Assembly (NCBI GenBank): GCA_963796275.1
Contig: CAWCKY010000006.1
Span: 640,001 to 704,000 of the forward strand
DNA from: an uncultured Acidobacteriota bacterium
Lineage (GTDB): Bacteria > Acidobacteriota > Blastocatellia > RBC074
Direction of reading: 5' to 3'
Length of the DNA stretch: 64,000 bases
Position 1 is the stretch's first letter, and each line of letters starts with the position of its first letter. A program made the position numbers and the translations under genes. This document shows, one piece after another, positions 10,765 to 23,037 of this stretch. Under the pieces are notes generated by a model. It did not search any database and was not told where the DNA came from. It saw only the letters and a list, made by a program, of their open reading frames with translations.

Positions 10765-11134
10765 GAGGTCGTCCTTTCAGAGGTAGTTTATAAAACCGCT
10801 ATTCTAAGATAATTATCTTGCGGTATTCAATTGTGCGCGTCGATCGACAAGCGCAATCAGGAGCGAGAGTTGGCTGAGTCCCACAACCAACGGGTTATCC
10901 GGCAACGCATGATCCAAGTTGAAAAAATTGTTTTCTGCGACTTATTATTATCAACTTCATCAAAGGGGATCGGTAGTTACAGTTCTGTTGAACACATTAT
11001 TTATCCCAGTCGTAAATCCCAGTCGTAATGCTCTGCGCGCAAGACTTGCGGCATTTTAATTGCCGAATAATCGCCGAGCGGTTAGGTCATTACGGGGATA
11101 GGCAGAAAATTAGGCAGATAAATATAGATCGATA

Positions 11135-12790
11135 ATGAAAAATCGCCCCTCATCACATTTTTTTCTTCTCTTCATCCTGCTCGCTTTTGACGTACTGGCA
11201 TACGTTGCGATTTATCGTGCAGGGGTGGCGCGGGGATTCTCCCCGTCTGCGCTGCTCGCCTTCCGTGATCTGGCGCTTTTCATCCCGATCATCGTCGGCT
11301 TCGTCTGGATGGTCAGACGACATCGCTATGCCGGTGATATGACGCTTCTGACGACCGCCGTGCTCCTCTTCAGCGTGGGTCAGTTCATGCAATACCGGCT
11401 CTTCACCGACCCAGAGTACAGCGCCGGCCGAAGGGAGGAGGCGGGCAAGGCTCGGCTCGCCAAGGCCAATACCCTGCAGCAGCGGTACATCAATCAACAC
11501 TACGACGCGGGGAAGAAGCAGGTGCTCTTCGGCGATCCGAACTATCAGATCCAGATCAACGCCGCGCAGGCCAATCAGCGGGAGGAGAGCTACTGGACTC
11601 TCAGCCGGATATTCTCATCGGTTTCAACGCTCATCCCGATCCTGGCATTCATCGGGTTTGTCAGCGCCTTCACCCTCACCAGCCGCGACGATGTGCTGCT
11701 CTGGCTGCAGCGGCACAGTTTTATCATCGGATTTATCACAACTTTGCCGTTCGCGATCATCGCCATCGTTTATTCGAGCGGAGGGAAATTCCTCGGCAAC
11801 ACGACGCCGTGGGAAGCGGTCAAGGTCACGTTCCTGGTGAGCTATGCGGGGATCCTCTCCGATCATTATCGCAACCTTTCGCGCACCTATTGGGGGATTC
11901 CCCCGTGGCGATTCGTCCTGCCGTTCCTGTTGGTGGCTTTGCTGCCGATCGTCCCGTTCTTCGCGCTCTCCGATTTCGGCCAGATGCTCGTCTTCTTCGG
12001 AGCCTATCTGACGCTTTATGTCGTCGCTGTGCGAAGGTTGCCCCAGGTGACGATCGCGATCGTTCTGGCTGGAGTCCTGCTCGGCGCCTCGATCTTCGCG
12101 GCGGGCGTTTATAACTTTGCCACCGATATATTAAGCGAAAAAGACGATGTCTCGGCGATCGAACGGGTCAAGGACCTGGTCGGAGGAGGTATCCCGCCCA
12201 GGATCCACCAGAGGTTCTATTTGTGGCAGCACGGGGGATTGCCGCCCGACCCTGATGAGCATTGGTGGTGGGCGAAAGATTCTACCGATGCCGAAGGGCG
12301 AGGCATCTCGAATGAGGAGATGTGGTATAACAAGTACGCCTATCAACCCTCGCAGGCGTTATTCGGAGTGAGCGATGGACGATTGTTCGGTGCAGGGCTC
12401 GGCCGCGGTTATCCGGAGAGCGTGCCCATCGCCGATTCGGATTTTATTTACTCCGCCATTGCCGAGGAGATGGGACTCGCCGGAGGAGCCATCATCATAG
12501 TTGCTTTCATTATTCTGGTGATCGCCGGGATGCGGACGGCGATTGAAGCGCGTGATATGTTCACTAAATTACTGGCGGCGGGAATTACGGCTTTTCTCGG
12601 GTTTCAGGCGATCGTCAATATCGGCGGCGTTATTCGGATGCTGCCGATGACCGGCATTACTTTGCCTTTCGTCAGCCACGGCGGCTGGTCACTGATAACA
12701 AGCCTCTTTATGCTTGGGATGTTGATGGCGATTTCTCACAGGAACAACGTCAGATCGTATGAAGATCACGGTCGGAAAAATAACGGATAA
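11135..12790 (+). CDS. SEDS family (RodA/FtsW/SpoVE) peptidoglycan glycosyltransferase with N-terminal extension
   Basis: Polytopic; [48 protein letters not shown]. Confidence 0.9.
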   Translation: MKNRPSSHFFLLFILLAFDVLAYVAIYRAGVARGFSPSALLAFRDLALFIPIIVGFVWMVRRHRYAGDMTLLTTAVLLFSVGQFMQYRLFTDPEYSAGRREEAGKARLAKANTLQQRYINQHYDAGKKQVLFGDPNYQIQINAAQANQREESYWTLSRIFSSVSTLIPILAFIGFVSAFTLTSRDDVLLWLQRHSFIIGFITTLPFAIIAIVYSSGGKFLGNTTPWEAVKVTFLVSYAGILSDHYRNLSRTYWGIPPWRFVLPFLLVALLPIVPFFALSDFGQMLVFFGAYLTLYVVAVRRLPQVTIAIVLAGVLLGASIFAAGVYNFATDILSEKDDVSAIERVKDLVGGGIPPRIHQRFYLWQHGGLPPDPDEHWWWAKDSTDAEGRGISNEEMWYNKYAYQPSQALFGVSDGRLFGAGLGRGYPESVPIADSDFIYSAIAEEMGLAGGAIIIVAFIILVIAGMRTAIEARDMFTKLLAAGITAFLGFQAIVNIGGVIRMLPMTGITLPFVSHGGWSLITSLFMLGMLMAISHRNNVRSYEDHGRKNNG

Positions 12791-14279
12791 AGGGCTCAAT
12801 CCCAAACGGGAAGTTAACGAAGACAGTATGCTCGTGATGCAGGAGCGGGGATTGTTCCTGGTGGCTGACGGCGTCGGCGGTCGGCGCGGCGGTCAGGTCG
12901 CCAGTCAGACAGTCGTCGACGTATTCACGAAGGTTTTCTCCCAGGATCAACCGGGCAATCTGCGCGACCTCATGATCAACACCATCGATCTCTGTAACCA
13001 GAAGATTTTCGAAGAGACCGAGGTCAATGCCGAGCTCAAAGGTATGGCGACTACCATCGCATTGGTCGGTCTGGAGGGCAAAAAAGGCGACTTGGGAAAG
13101 CGCGCAATCGTCGCCCACATCGGAGACAGCCGGGTCTACCGTCACGACAATGATGGATTGATTTGCCTGACGGAGGATCACAGCGACGTCAACGATGCGG
13201 TGCGAGCCGGAATGATTACCGAGGAACAGGCAGCTGTGCACCCGCAGCGCAATGTCATCAATCGTGCATTGGGCGCGGAGCTCGAAGTCGAAGCCGACGT
13301 CGTCGAACTGGAAGTGGATGATAATACGAGTTTCCTGCTTTGCAGCGATGGAATCACGCGCCATATAACCCATGATGAGATCGCCCGCCTCATGCGAAGC
13401 GGCCGCCGCCCGGAGGCGATCTGCGAGTCCATGAAAGAGTTATGTTATATGGGAGGCGCCGAAGATAATCTAACCGCGATCGTCATCGATTTCGGGGAGC
13501 GTGATTATGTGGAAGACCCGACCAGACCCGCGATGCGCATGGTGGGCGCGACCGCTGCTCCGGTGAATGAAGGAGCGGCTCAGCGGAAAGCCAGGCGCAT
13601 CGAAGTAGATCTAACGAAGCCGCGGTCCGATGCAGATGAGGAGATTCCATCCAAATCAGATTTACGATCACGTTTCCGGCTCTTCAATGGAAAGTCGAAG
13701 TCCGAACAACCGCAAAATTTATTATCCAAGGATCACGTCGGCCAGCTAAAAAGGCCGCTGCCGAAGAAAGACGAGTTGTCGACAGCTATGAAGTTGAGTT
13801 TAATTAGTTTCGGCCTGGCTGCCGGTGCGGTCATTGGCACGCTGTTTGGCAAGCCGATCGTAGATTACATCGGGAATTATTTTGGTGTCGATGTCCCTTA
13901 CGAAGAGCAGGGGATCGCTCGGCCTCCCAAAGATGCGGAGGTCAGCGCAGCATATGCGCGATTTTTGGAGGGGTATCCGAGCGAAGGGCGCCAGCGGCTC
14001 AGGGATATTATCAACATTAATCCAAAGCACGCTGAGGCGAATTTCTATCTCGGTCGGATCGATTACGCCGAGGGCAAGTATAATGAGGCGATCGACCATT
14101 TCAATAAGGCCATGGAGAACGATCCGAACCGCACCGATTTTCGTGTGTACCTGGCGATGTCTTACTTGCAAATGGCCCAACCGCGTAATGCGAAAGATGT
14201 ATTGCAACAGGTCGTGTCACCAAATCCCGAAACCGCATCTCCCACCCCAGCTGCGACCTCCGCGACGCCTGGAGGATGA
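12759..14279 (+). CDS. PP2C Ser/Thr phosphatase with TM helix and C-terminal TPR repeats
   Basis: [24 protein letters not shown] and AEDNLT; [18 protein letters not shown]; TPR-like [37 protein letters not shown]. Confidence 0.9.
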   Translation: MKITVGKITDKGLNPKREVNEDSMLVMQERGLFLVADGVGGRRGGQVASQTVVDVFTKVFSQDQPGNLRDLMINTIDLCNQKIFEETEVNAELKGMATTIALVGLEGKKGDLGKRAIVAHIGDSRVYRHDNDGLICLTEDHSDVNDAVRAGMITEEQAAVHPQRNVINRALGAELEVEADVVELEVDDNTSFLLCSDGITRHITHDEIARLMRSGRRPEAICESMKELCYMGGAEDNLTAIVIDFGERDYVEDPTRPAMRMVGATAAPVNEGAAQRKARRIEVDLTKPRSDADEEIPSKSDLRSRFRLFNGKSKSEQPQNLLSKDHVGQLKRPLPKKDELSTAMKLSLISFGLAAGAVIGTLFGKPIVDYIGNYFGVDVPYEEQGIARPPKDAEVSAAYARFLEGYPSEGRQRLRDIININPKHAEANFYLGRIDYAEGKYNEAIDHFNKAMENDPNRTDFRVYLAMSYLQMAQPRNAKDVLQQVVSPNPETASPTPAATSATPGG

Positions 14280-14369
14280 GGGCGACGGAGCGATGTTGGA
14301 GAGAGGCGACGGTGCGACTTTATTTCATCGTCCCGTCATCCAGTCACCCCGTCCGGTCCCCGTTACCCG
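14277..14369. repeat. Degenerate inverted 8-mer arrays (GGCGACGG-like ... CCCGTC-like)
   Basis: GGCGACGGAGCGATG..GGCGACGGTGCGAC ... GTCCCGTCATCCAGTCACCCCGTCCGGTCCCCGTTACCCG in the spacer before the kinase ATG. Confidence 0.5.
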
Positions 14370-14389
14370 GGCGCGATGTGCTATCGAAT

Positions 14390-16033
14390 ATGCCGGAATT
14401 GAAATTAGAAAACAGTCTGTTGGATGGCCGTTATGAGGTAAGCGAGCGCCTCAGCCGCGGCAGCTATGCGGAGATCTTTGTGGCGAGCGACCGTGAGGCT
14501 GGGGGCAGGGAGGTCGTAATCAAAGCTCTCAACACGAGCCTGCAGGGAACTCCGGATGCGGACCTCGAGCGGACGCTGGTTGAAAACTTTCAAAATGAAG
14601 CCATAGCGCTCGATACGGTTCGTCATCCGAACGTGATTTTGCGCTGGGGACACGGCACTGCCGCCGACCTGCTCGGCGTACCATTCCATTATCTCGTGCT
14701 CGAATACATGCCCGGCGGCGACCTTCTGCGGCTCTGCCGTGAACTTCCTAATAACGCACTTCCGCTCGATGCCGCGCTCTATTTTTTCAAACAAGTCTGC
14801 GAGGCGCTGGCGTTCGCTCACAGCAGAGGCATCATTCACCGCGATCTCAAACCGAACAACTTCCTGCTCAGCGCCGATCGCCGGACGCTTAAGATCGCCG
14901 ATTTCGGTGTGGCGAAGATAACGGGCGCTGAAGAAACGGAGATTACGCGCGTCGGAGCCGACATCTATGCCCCGCCCGAGCACAATCCCTATGAAGAATC
15001 GGGCCAGGCTGATCGTTTGACGGCATCGGCAGATATATACTCGCTCGCCAAGAGTTTTTATACGGTCGTATGCGGCCGCGCGCCGAACCAGTATATCTGC
15101 GATCCGATTACATCGCTTACCGGTGAGATGATGAGGAAGAGTTGGGGCGGAGCATTGACCGCGATTTTGTGTCGCGCGACTGACTATGAGCCTGCCAGAC
15201 GCCACGCCACGGTAGTCGAGTTCTGGAACGACCTGGCACAGACCGCCGCCATCGCTGAGGATCAATTGACGACGGCTCCCGAGGAGGAGACTGTTGTCAA
15301 GCCTCGACTCAAGATCGCTCCGGGCGAGATGCCGAAGCAGCCGCTGCAACCCGACTTCGAGATGGCGCTCGCCAGCCCGGGTTCCCATGCTTCTTTTTCG
15401 ACCGCCGAGCCGATGATACAGATACCCGGAGCTCAAGCTGAAGCGAATGACCCGGCGCAGATGAACCTGAACCGTCAGGGTCGCAGGTCATCGAAATTTT
15501 TCGTCGATCTTCAAAAGCCGAAGCCATCTCCGGCGATTCAGGCATCGGAGAGCACCGGCTCTGTTCAGATCGCGACCGAAGCAAGAGCTGCTAACAAGCC
15601 GGAGGAGCGGAGGGGGACGAAACTTACGGCTCGATCCGTCACCGATAAATTCCATGAAAATTTGCGGCGGCGAATCTTCATTGCTATGCTCACTTTGGCT
15701 TTCCTCGGATCGCTCGTGAGCGTCTATAACTTCGTATGGAGGGGAGGCGTCACGGTCGGCTCCGGGCCTCCGACGGAGATCGAGATAGTCACACAGTCTC
15801 TCTACGTCCGGGCCGGACCTGATGATACCGAAACGGAGCTGGGCGCCGTTCCCAGAGGCTCGCGCCATAAGGTACTGGCACTGGATGACAAACGAACGGT
15901 TGCGGGAATACAGTGGATACTAATTGAAGTCAGTGTGTGGGATCCGAATTTTGAACACATACCCGGGCAAAATCGCGGATGGGTCTATGGAAAACCGGAC
16001 TTTGTTCGTGTAGTCTCTCGTCGGTGGTGGTAA
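14390..16033 (+). CDS. Hanks-type Ser/Thr protein kinase with TM helix and C-terminal SH3-like domain
   Basis: [35 protein letters not shown]; [20 protein letters not shown]; LYVRAGP...LGAVPRG...WILI...GWVY. Start moved from 14276 to ATG 14390 because the upstream part is repeat DNA. Confidence 0.9.
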   Translation: MPELKLENSLLDGRYEVSERLSRGSYAEIFVASDREAGGREVVIKALNTSLQGTPDADLERTLVENFQNEAIALDTVRHPNVILRWGHGTAADLLGVPFHYLVLEYMPGGDLLRLCRELPNNALPLDAALYFFKQVCEALAFAHSRGIIHRDLKPNNFLLSADRRTLKIADFGVAKITGAEETEITRVGADIYAPPEHNPYEESGQADRLTASADIYSLAKSFYTVVCGRAPNQYICDPITSLTGEMMRKSWGGALTAILCRATDYEPARRHATVVEFWNDLAQTAAIAEDQLTTAPEEETVVKPRLKIAPGEMPKQPLQPDFEMALASPGSHASFSTAEPMIQIPGAQAEANDPAQMNLNRQGRRSSKFFVDLQKPKPSPAIQASESTGSVQIATEARAANKPEERRGTKLTARSVTDKFHENLRRRIFIAMLTLAFLGSLVSVYNFVWRGGVTVGSGPPTEIEIVTQSLYVRAGPDDTETELGAVPRGSRHKVLALDDKRTVAGIQWILIEVSVWDPNFEHIPGQNRGWVYGKPDFVRVVSRRWW

Positions 16034-16034
16034 T

Positions 16035-16862
<828 letters not shown>

Positions 16863-16934
16863 TCGATGGTCGGAGGCGAGTCATCCACTTCAAAAGATAA
16901 CTGTCAGCCGGCCACTATTTTCCGAGGAACTACT

Positions 16935-18074
16935 ATGCCGTATTTTCGCCAATCCATCATCTTATTCTTTGCGGTTTTGCTGCTCACCTTGACTCCCGCG
17001 ACGATTGCGCAGAGGGCGGACGAGACCCCGAAGCGCAATGACTTTGCGGATCTCGTGGCTCGGCTCTCGGAGCGCGCGGGGTACTTTGGTTCCGACAATC
17101 TGGTCTCGAACGAACTCTCTTACCAACACGTCCTCGGAAGAATGAATAAGATGAGCCTGACCGGGGGAGCATACCTGGGCGTCGGGCCGGATCAGAACTT
17201 CACCTATATCGCCCAGATCAAACCGCGTATCGCGATATTGATCGACATACGCCGCGACGCCCTGTTGCAGCATATGTTCTTCAAAGCTCTCTTCATGATG
17301 TCGCGCAGCCGGGTCGAATATCTGTCGCTTCTCTTCGCGCGCCCGCTGCCCAAGGACCACAGGAAATGGGGCGAGAAGCCGATCCGCGATCTGGTGGATT
17401 ATTTCGACCGCACCCCTCTCGATCAGAAAATCGCCAGCAAGACCGAATCTGAGATTCACAAACGAATTGTGGGCTTCGGCGTACCGCTTTCCCCCCGCGA
17501 CATTGAAACGATCGACGAGATATATCAGGCCTTTTATACCGACTGCCTGGAAGTACGATATACGATACGCGACCGCCCCACCGGAAGATTCTTCCCGGCT
17601 TATCGGGACCTCCTGCTGGAGAAGGACCTGGATGGTCGATATCGCAATTATCTCGCCTACGAAGCTGACTTTCAGGTGATTAAGGGTATGCACGACCGTA
17701 ACCTGATCATCCCGATCACCGGCGATCTGTCTGGCGCGAAGGCTTTGAAAACGATCGGTGAATTTCTGAAAGAGATCGATGAAAAGGTCTCTGCCTTCTA
17801 CGTTTCGAACGTAGAGTTCTACCTCTGGCGTGCTGATTCGATGCAGCGTTTCGTCGAAAACCTAAAAATGCTGCCTATCAGTGAACGCAGCTTGATCATC
17901 CGCAGCTATTTCAACTACGCTTACTATACAAACGTCCATCCGCAAACCATCGAGAACTACTTCAGCGTTCAACTCCTTCAGACAATCGATAGTTTGATCA
18001 AGGATTACGAGACGAATGGCGGTTACGGATCGTACTATGAGCTGACGACGCGGCGGAGTTTGGACCTCAAGTAA
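16935..18074 (+). CDS. Exported protein of unknown function, possibly methyltransferase-like fold
   Basis: GAGG SD before ATG 16935; signal peptide; motifs [42 protein letters not shown]. Confidence 0.7.
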   Translation: MPYFRQSIILFFAVLLLTLTPATIAQRADETPKRNDFADLVARLSERAGYFGSDNLVSNELSYQHVLGRMNKMSLTGGAYLGVGPDQNFTYIAQIKPRIAILIDIRRDALLQHMFFKALFMMSRSRVEYLSLLFARPLPKDHRKWGEKPIRDLVDYFDRTPLDQKIASKTESEIHKRIVGFGVPLSPRDIETIDEIYQAFYTDCLEVRYTIRDRPTGRFFPAYRDLLLEKDLDGRYRNYLAYEADFQVIKGMHDRNLIIPITGDLSGAKALKTIGEFLKEIDEKVSAFYVSNVEFYLWRADSMQRFVENLKMLPISERSLIIRSYFNYAYYTNVHPQTIENYFSVQLLQTIDSLIKDYETNGGYGSYYELTTRRSLDLK

Positions 18075-18082
18075 GGAAGGGG

Positions 18083-18181
18083 ACATTTTACATTTATCAT
18101 TTAACAGTTGTCATTTGTCATTGAAGAAATGCAGTTTTCCAAATGACAAATGTAAAATGACAAATGACAAATTTAAAATGA
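18083..18181. repeat. Inverted heptamer arrays (CATTTGT)n...(ACAAATG)n between convergent genes
   Basis: CATTTTACATTTATCATTTAACAGTTGTCATTTGTCATTG ... CAAATGACAAATGTAAAATGACAAATGACAAATTTAAAATG. Confidence 0.85.
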
Positions 18182-18202
18182 TCTTCTTCATTCCTTTCGC
18201 AT

Positions 18203-19630
18203 CTACTGATTCTGATTGAGCGCAAGTTTCTCGCCTTCTTCCATCATCGTCTTCAACTTAACCACCGAGGCCGCCTCGCAATAGATGCGTAAGACCGGCT
18301 CGGTCCCCGATTGCCGGAACAATATCCAGCTCTCGTCATCGAAGACCAGCTTGGTTCCGTCGAGCGTGGCGATCCCGGAAACCTGATGACCGGCGAATTT
18401 AACCGGCGTTTTTTCCCGCAAGTCGCTCACCAGTTTCAGCCCGGAATCGATCGGCACGTGGAGGTCGCGGCGTTCGAAGTGGAACTCTCCGAACTCCTTC
18501 CATATGTCCCGCACGATCTCCGATGGTTTTTTGCCTGCTGAAAGGACTGCCTCGAGCAGGAGGAGGGAATTGAATATTCCGTCGCGCTCGGGGATGTGGC
18601 CCCGGACGCCGATCCCGCCCGATTCCTCGCCGCCTACCAGAAAATCGTTAGCCGGGTCGAGCATGATCTCGCCGATGTGTTTAAATCCGATGGGTGTTTC
18701 GAAGAGTCTGAATCCGTAACTTTCTGCGATGCGTTTGACGATCACCGATTGCGAGAACGTGCGAACGACCGAACCCTTCCAGCCTTTTCGACGCACGAGG
18801 TGCAGGAGCAGGATCATCAGGATCTGATGAGTGTTGATATATCCGCCGTTTTCATCCATAGCGCCCACCCGATCCGCGTCGCCGTCCGTCACGAGCGCCA
18901 TGAGCGCGCGTCGCTCGCGGATCGTGTGGGCGGTCAATTCCAGGTTCCATGGCATCGGCTCCGGCAGGACTCCGCCGAAGAGCGGATCGCGCTCGGCACG
19001 GATCGTTTCGACGCGTATCCTCCCGCCGGCGAGCAAATTTTCGATCCAGCGTCCGCCCGTGCCGTGCATTGGATCGGCGATGACCAGCGCATCGGCTTTC
19101 CGCAGGTCTTTGATTGATATGAGCGATTCGAGGTGATGGCGATAGTCGTCGGAGGGCTCGATGATGCGGGCGATGCCCTGCGCGATCGCATCATCCAGCG
19201 GCATCCGCTGAGGTCTGGTCGCCCCGACCAATTTCTCTATCTCATTGGTGATCCGGGGTGTGGCGGACCCGCCGAAAGGAGCCTTAAACTTGTAGCCATT
19301 GAATTCCGGCGGATTGTGCGATGCGGTTATCAAGACACCGCCATCGAGTCCGCGGCGTTTGACCTCGAAGGAGACGAGAGGTGTCGGGACATCTTTCGCA
19401 TAGAGGTCGACCGCGATCCCGTTGCCCGCGATAACTTCCGCCGTAAGTTTTGCGAAGAGGTCGGAGATGAAACGGCGATCATATCCGACGAGTAGCGCGA
19501 GCCCGCCGCCTGCCTTCTGTGCCTTCAGATAATCGATCAAGGCCTGCGTCACGAGTTCGACATTTGCGAAGGTGAAATCCTCGGCAATACGCGCACGCCA
19601 ACCGTCAGTCCCAAATTTTATTCTAGCCAT
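18203..19630 (-). CDS. Phosphoglucomutase/phosphomannomutase family protein
   Basis: FGTDGWR, TASHNPPEFNGYK, DGDADR, GGEESGG and RQSGTEP. Confidence 0.95.
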   Translation of the reverse strand: MARIKFGTDGWRARIAEDFTFANVELVTQALIDYLKAQKAGGGLALLVGYDRRFISDLFAKLTAEVIAGNGIAVDLYAKDVPTPLVSFEVKRRGLDGGVLITASHNPPEFNGYKFKAPFGGSATPRITNEIEKLVGATRPQRMPLDDAIAQGIARIIEPSDDYRHHLESLISIKDLRKADALVIADPMHGTGGRWIENLLAGGRIRVETIRAERDPLFGGVLPEPMPWNLELTAHTIRERRALMALVTDGDADRVGAMDENGGYINTHQILMILLLHLVRRKGWKGSVVRTFSQSVIVKRIAESYGFRLFETPIGFKHIGEIMLDPANDFLVGGEESGGIGVRGHIPERDGIFNSLLLLEAVLSAGKKPSEIVRDIWKEFGEFHFERRDLHVPIDSGLKLVSDLREKTPVKFAGHQVSGIATLDGTKLVFDDESWILFRQSGTEPVLRIYCEAASVVKLKTMMEEGEKLALNQNQ

Positions 19631-19817
19631 AAAAAATTATAGAGATAAACTAAGTTCGGTTTACCATAGGTCCTTCTTGATCAGTTCCGGGGATTTTGGG
19701 GTCCTATGACCGAGGTAACCTGCCGCGTGGAGAGTGTCAGTGAAACCGTGTCTTCTTTTTTATATTTCGCTATTGCCACCTGCACCAATTACTTATTTTC
19801 ATTTCACTCACATCCAT

Positions 19818-20420
19818 CTATTGCTTGCATTCTCTGTGTGTTAAAAATGTATTGTATACTTTTCTCAGCTCATCTGAGTTGTTCTTCTCAGTACTATCAT
19901 CCCAGAAGGCAACATATGTTCTTTCTACCCCGTCTTGTTCACGGCGCTGCAGCACTATCGCATATACAAAACAGTCACGGCAATATGTATCCGTTGGCCC
20001 GCTCCACACGGAAGCATTGGCTGAGAAAGCTGTTTGAGTCAATATCTGTATCGCATCATCCCGCAGGTTAACGTTACATTGATTTTCTCTCGCATTCCAG
20101 AGAAGTTGGCCCCGAGATGTTATCGTCAAATTACCTTTCCCTCTTCCCGCGAAACCGCCTCCAGAAAGAATTTGAACTGCCCATGAATTTGTTTCCGTTG
20201 ATAATTCCAATTTCCGGATATTGTTCAAAAGACCTGTAAATACAGGAGGAAGCTTGGCTGGTGGATTTTGAATCAGACCAGAATCGGACCTTTGCAACCC
20301 TGGTTCCGGCTTTTGCATAGATGATGAAGTTGGAGTTTTGTTGGCGCTTTCCTGCGCGAAGCACAAACAGATCGGTATCAAATTGATAATAACAATAAGA
20401 TTTCTTAATAGTTGACTCAT
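19818..20420 (-). CDS. Exported hypothetical protein in a visibly AT-richer segment
   Basis: AAGGAG SD, N-terminal hydrophobic signal, 200-aa ORF co-oriented with its neighbours. Confidence 0.7.
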   Translation of the reverse strand: MSQLLRNLIVIINLIPICLCFAQESANKTPTSSSMQKPEPGLQRSDSGLIQNPPAKLPPVFTGLLNNIRKLELSTETNSWAVQILSGGGFAGRGKGNLTITSRGQLLWNARENQCNVNLRDDAIQILTQTAFSANASVWSGPTDTYCRDCFVYAIVLQRREQDGVERTYVAFWDDSTEKNNSDELRKVYNTFLTHRECKQ

Positions 20421-20503
20421 AGCAAGCTCCTTCTGTAGAACGGTTCCGATTCTAATCTAGAACGAATCCTGCACGAAGGCTTGCAGCCTGCCAAAAGAGC
20501 ATT

Positions 20504-21538
20504 TCAGACTGAGGAGTAATCGGTTAGCGAGGATTTATCGCCCAGCACGGAGTCCTCAACTTTCGCAAAGCGTCCGATGAGAGCGCTCTTACCGATGAGT
20601 GAGCCGCGCACCTCCGTCGCTCGTCCGATACGCGCGCCGGCGAGCAGCACGGAATTCTCGATCCGGGCTCGTTCTTCGATAAAGCAATTCGCTCCGATCA
20701 CGGAATTGATGATCTCAACCCCGGGTTTGATCGTGCAACTCGGATCGATCACCGATCTTTTATCGATTTGCGGCGGGTCGCCCTCGCCATTCGGAGGTGG
20801 AAAGGGCGTACGCTCGACTTTAAAGGACTTGATTCGTCCATTTAGCAGGTCGTCATTCGCTTTCAGGTAGCGTTGTGGTGTGCCGATGTCCATCCAATAA
20901 CCGGACCAGGTGAAACCGAAAACTTGCTGCTTGGCTGCGAGGAGGGCGGGAAAGAGTTGATACTCGAACGAGAACTTTTCGTTCTCGGGAATGAAATTAA
21001 GGATGCTCGGTTCGAGCACGTAGATACCCGCATTGATTGTATTGCACGTGATCTCTTCGGCTTTCGGTTTTTCGATGAAGCGGACCACGCGGCCATCCGC
21101 ATCCGTTTCAACCAAACCATAGATCGAAGGGTTTTTCACCGGTGTCAGAACGATAGTTGCCGCCGCCTGTTTTTCCCGGTGGAAGTTGACGACATCTTTG
21201 ATATTAGCGTCAGTAATTATGTCACCATTAAAAACTACGGTCGTCTGGCGCATCCGGGCTTCCGCGTTCTTATACGCTCCGGCTGTTCCCAGCATCGTGG
21301 TCTCGACGACGTATCGAATGCTGACGCCGTATTCCTGCCCGTCGCCGAAGATGTCTTCTATCTTGTTCGGTTGATATCCAAGCGCGAGCGTGATGTCTTT
21401 GATGCCGGCGCGCTTGAGCAGATCGATCTGATAGTATAGAAATGGGCGATTGACTATCGGCACCACTGGTTTGGGGGTGTATACCGTGAGCGGGCGCAGA
21501 CGCGTACCCTCTCCACCTGCGAGAATCAATGCTTGCAT
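20504..21538 (-). CDS. NDP-sugar pyrophosphorylase (mannose-1-phosphate guanylyltransferase-like) with left-handed beta-helix tail
   Basis: [33 protein letters not shown], hexapeptide repeats. Confidence 0.92.
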   Translation of the reverse strand: MQALILAGGEGTRLRPLTVYTPKPVVPIVNRPFLYYQIDLLKRAGIKDITLALGYQPNKIEDIFGDGQEYGVSIRYVVETTMLGTAGAYKNAEARMRQTTVVFNGDIITDANIKDVVNFHREKQAAATIVLTPVKNPSIYGLVETDADGRVVRFIEKPKAEEITCNTINAGIYVLEPSILNFIPENEKFSFEYQLFPALLAAKQQVFGFTWSGYWMDIGTPQRYLKANDDLLNGRIKSFKVERTPFPPPNGEGDPPQIDKRSVIDPSCTIKPGVEIINSVIGANCFIEERARIENSVLLAGARIGRATEVRGSLIGKSALIGRFAKVEDSVLGDKSSLTDYSSV

Positions 21539-21555
21539 GAAACCGATCTCTCCTC

Positions 21556-21632
21556 TGCAAATGTAGGCATGTTTTCTAACTCGCCCTTCGCCCTGAAGAC
21601 AGGGCAGGTTAGAAAACCTCCCTGCATTTGCA
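21556..21632. repeat. REPIN-like inverted repeat, family 3 (GTAG-GCAnGTTTTCTAAC type)
   Basis: TGCAAATGTAGGCATGTTTTCTAACTCGCCCT ... AGGGCAGGTTAGAAAACCTCCCTGCATTTGCA. Confidence 0.65.
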
Positions 21633-21804
21633 TTGTTTCAGTGCGTCGTCTCTGACATTTGGACGACTCCCATTTGCCTCTGTGGCAACTCGTAATGTTC
21701 ATCGATATGATATTCGTTGTAAGATAATAATCCGTCTCTAAAGATTTGTTGAGGATATCTGAAAGTAATAAAACATTCGGGAAAAATCAAATTTATCAGG
21801 GAAA

Positions 21805-22878
21805 ATGCTGATATTAGGTATCGAAAGTTCTTGTGACGAGACAGCGGCCGCGGTCGTCGAAGATGGCGTTAGGGTCCGCTCAAACATCATCTACTCTCAA
21901 ATCGCCACGCACAAAAAATTCGGCGGAGTTGTTCCGGAGCTGGCCTCGCGCGAACACCTGGAAAAGATCGGAGGCGTGGTCGATCAAGCATTGACGGGAG
22001 CCGGGGTCAGCGCGCACGACGTGGACGGCATCGCGGTTACGTATGGGCCGGGGCTGGTCGGATCTCTGTTAGTCGGTATCAACTACGCCAAGGGCATCGC
22101 GTTCGCCACCGGGAAACCGATCGTCGGTGTAAACCACATCGAGGGCCACGTCTATTCGGTCGCATTCGAATTCCCTTCGCCTCAATATCCCGCGTTGGCG
22201 CTGGTTGTTTCAGGCGGTCACACAAACCTGTTTCTGATCCCAGAGCCCGAGAAATACAAACTCGTGGGCCGGACGCGCGACGATGCGGCGGGCGAGGCCT
22301 TCGATAAAGTCTCTAAACTGATAGGGCTGGGTTATCCCGGCGGCCCGGTGATCGACCGGCTGGCTGTGCGCGGCGATAAGCGCGCCATCACCTTCCCCCT
22401 CGCCGAGATCAAAGACGAAGAGCACAAGCTCGATTTCTCGTTCAGCGGACTGAAAACCGCCGTTTTGCGCTATGTCCGCGATAACAATATCGCCCGGGTA
22501 ACCGACCCGGAGGCTCCCTCACCACAGATCATCGATCTCTGCGCGAGTTTCCAGAACGCGGTTATCAGAGCGCTCGTCCGCAGTCTTCGCAAAGCCGCCG
22601 AATTGTATCGTCCGCAAACCCTGATCCTCGCGGGCGGGGTGGCTTGCAATAGCGAATTGCGCGAGGCCGTCAGAAAACTCGCGGGAGAGACCAGCCTACC
22701 CGTCTATATCCCATCCCCGGTATTTACGACCGACAACGCCGCGATGATCGCAGCTGCGGGCTATCCCAAGCTCGTGCGCGGCGAATGCGCTGGCTGGGAT
22801 TTGAGCGCAGATGTCAGTCTGCGCCTGCCGAATATCGACGTCGAGAAACCGAAGAAGAAAATGAGATATCGCTTGTGA
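21805..22878 (+). CDS. tsaD: tRNA N6-adenosine threonylcarbamoyltransferase
   Basis: [46 protein letters not shown] and DNAAMIA. Confidence 0.97.
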   Translation: MLILGIESSCDETAAAVVEDGVRVRSNIIYSQIATHKKFGGVVPELASREHLEKIGGVVDQALTGAGVSAHDVDGIAVTYGPGLVGSLLVGINYAKGIAFATGKPIVGVNHIEGHVYSVAFEFPSPQYPALALVVSGGHTNLFLIPEPEKYKLVGRTRDDAAGEAFDKVSKLIGLGYPGGPVIDRLAVRGDKRAITFPLAEIKDEEHKLDFSFSGLKTAVLRYVRDNNIARVTDPEAPSPQIIDLCASFQNAVIRALVRSLRKAAELYRPQTLILAGGVACNSELREAVRKLAGETSLPVYIPSPVFTTDNAAMIAAAGYPKLVRGECAGWDLSADVSLRLPNIDVEKPKKKMRYRL

Positions 22879-23037
22879 ATGATTGCTAATGAGCGTTGGC
22901 GAAATTGACGATTTGAAGTAGACTCTACATATCGATCTAAATTCCAGATCAAATTGGGGATGAAGTACACGGGCAGGTGAAGAGTTCATCGAAAGGTGAA
23001 TGACACTGAGGGTTCATTTGTCTGAAAATGCGAGGTT

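Noticed and set aside
10831-11028. 65-aa ORF between gltX and the SEDS gene
   Set aside because: TTG start, no SD, no motif; lies in a divergent promoter region.
14405-15436. 343-aa antisense ORF; similar ones at 5266-6225, 16962-17693, 51188-51928 and 62557-63426
   Set aside because: Shadow ORFs opposite well-supported genes, with no recognisable motifs.
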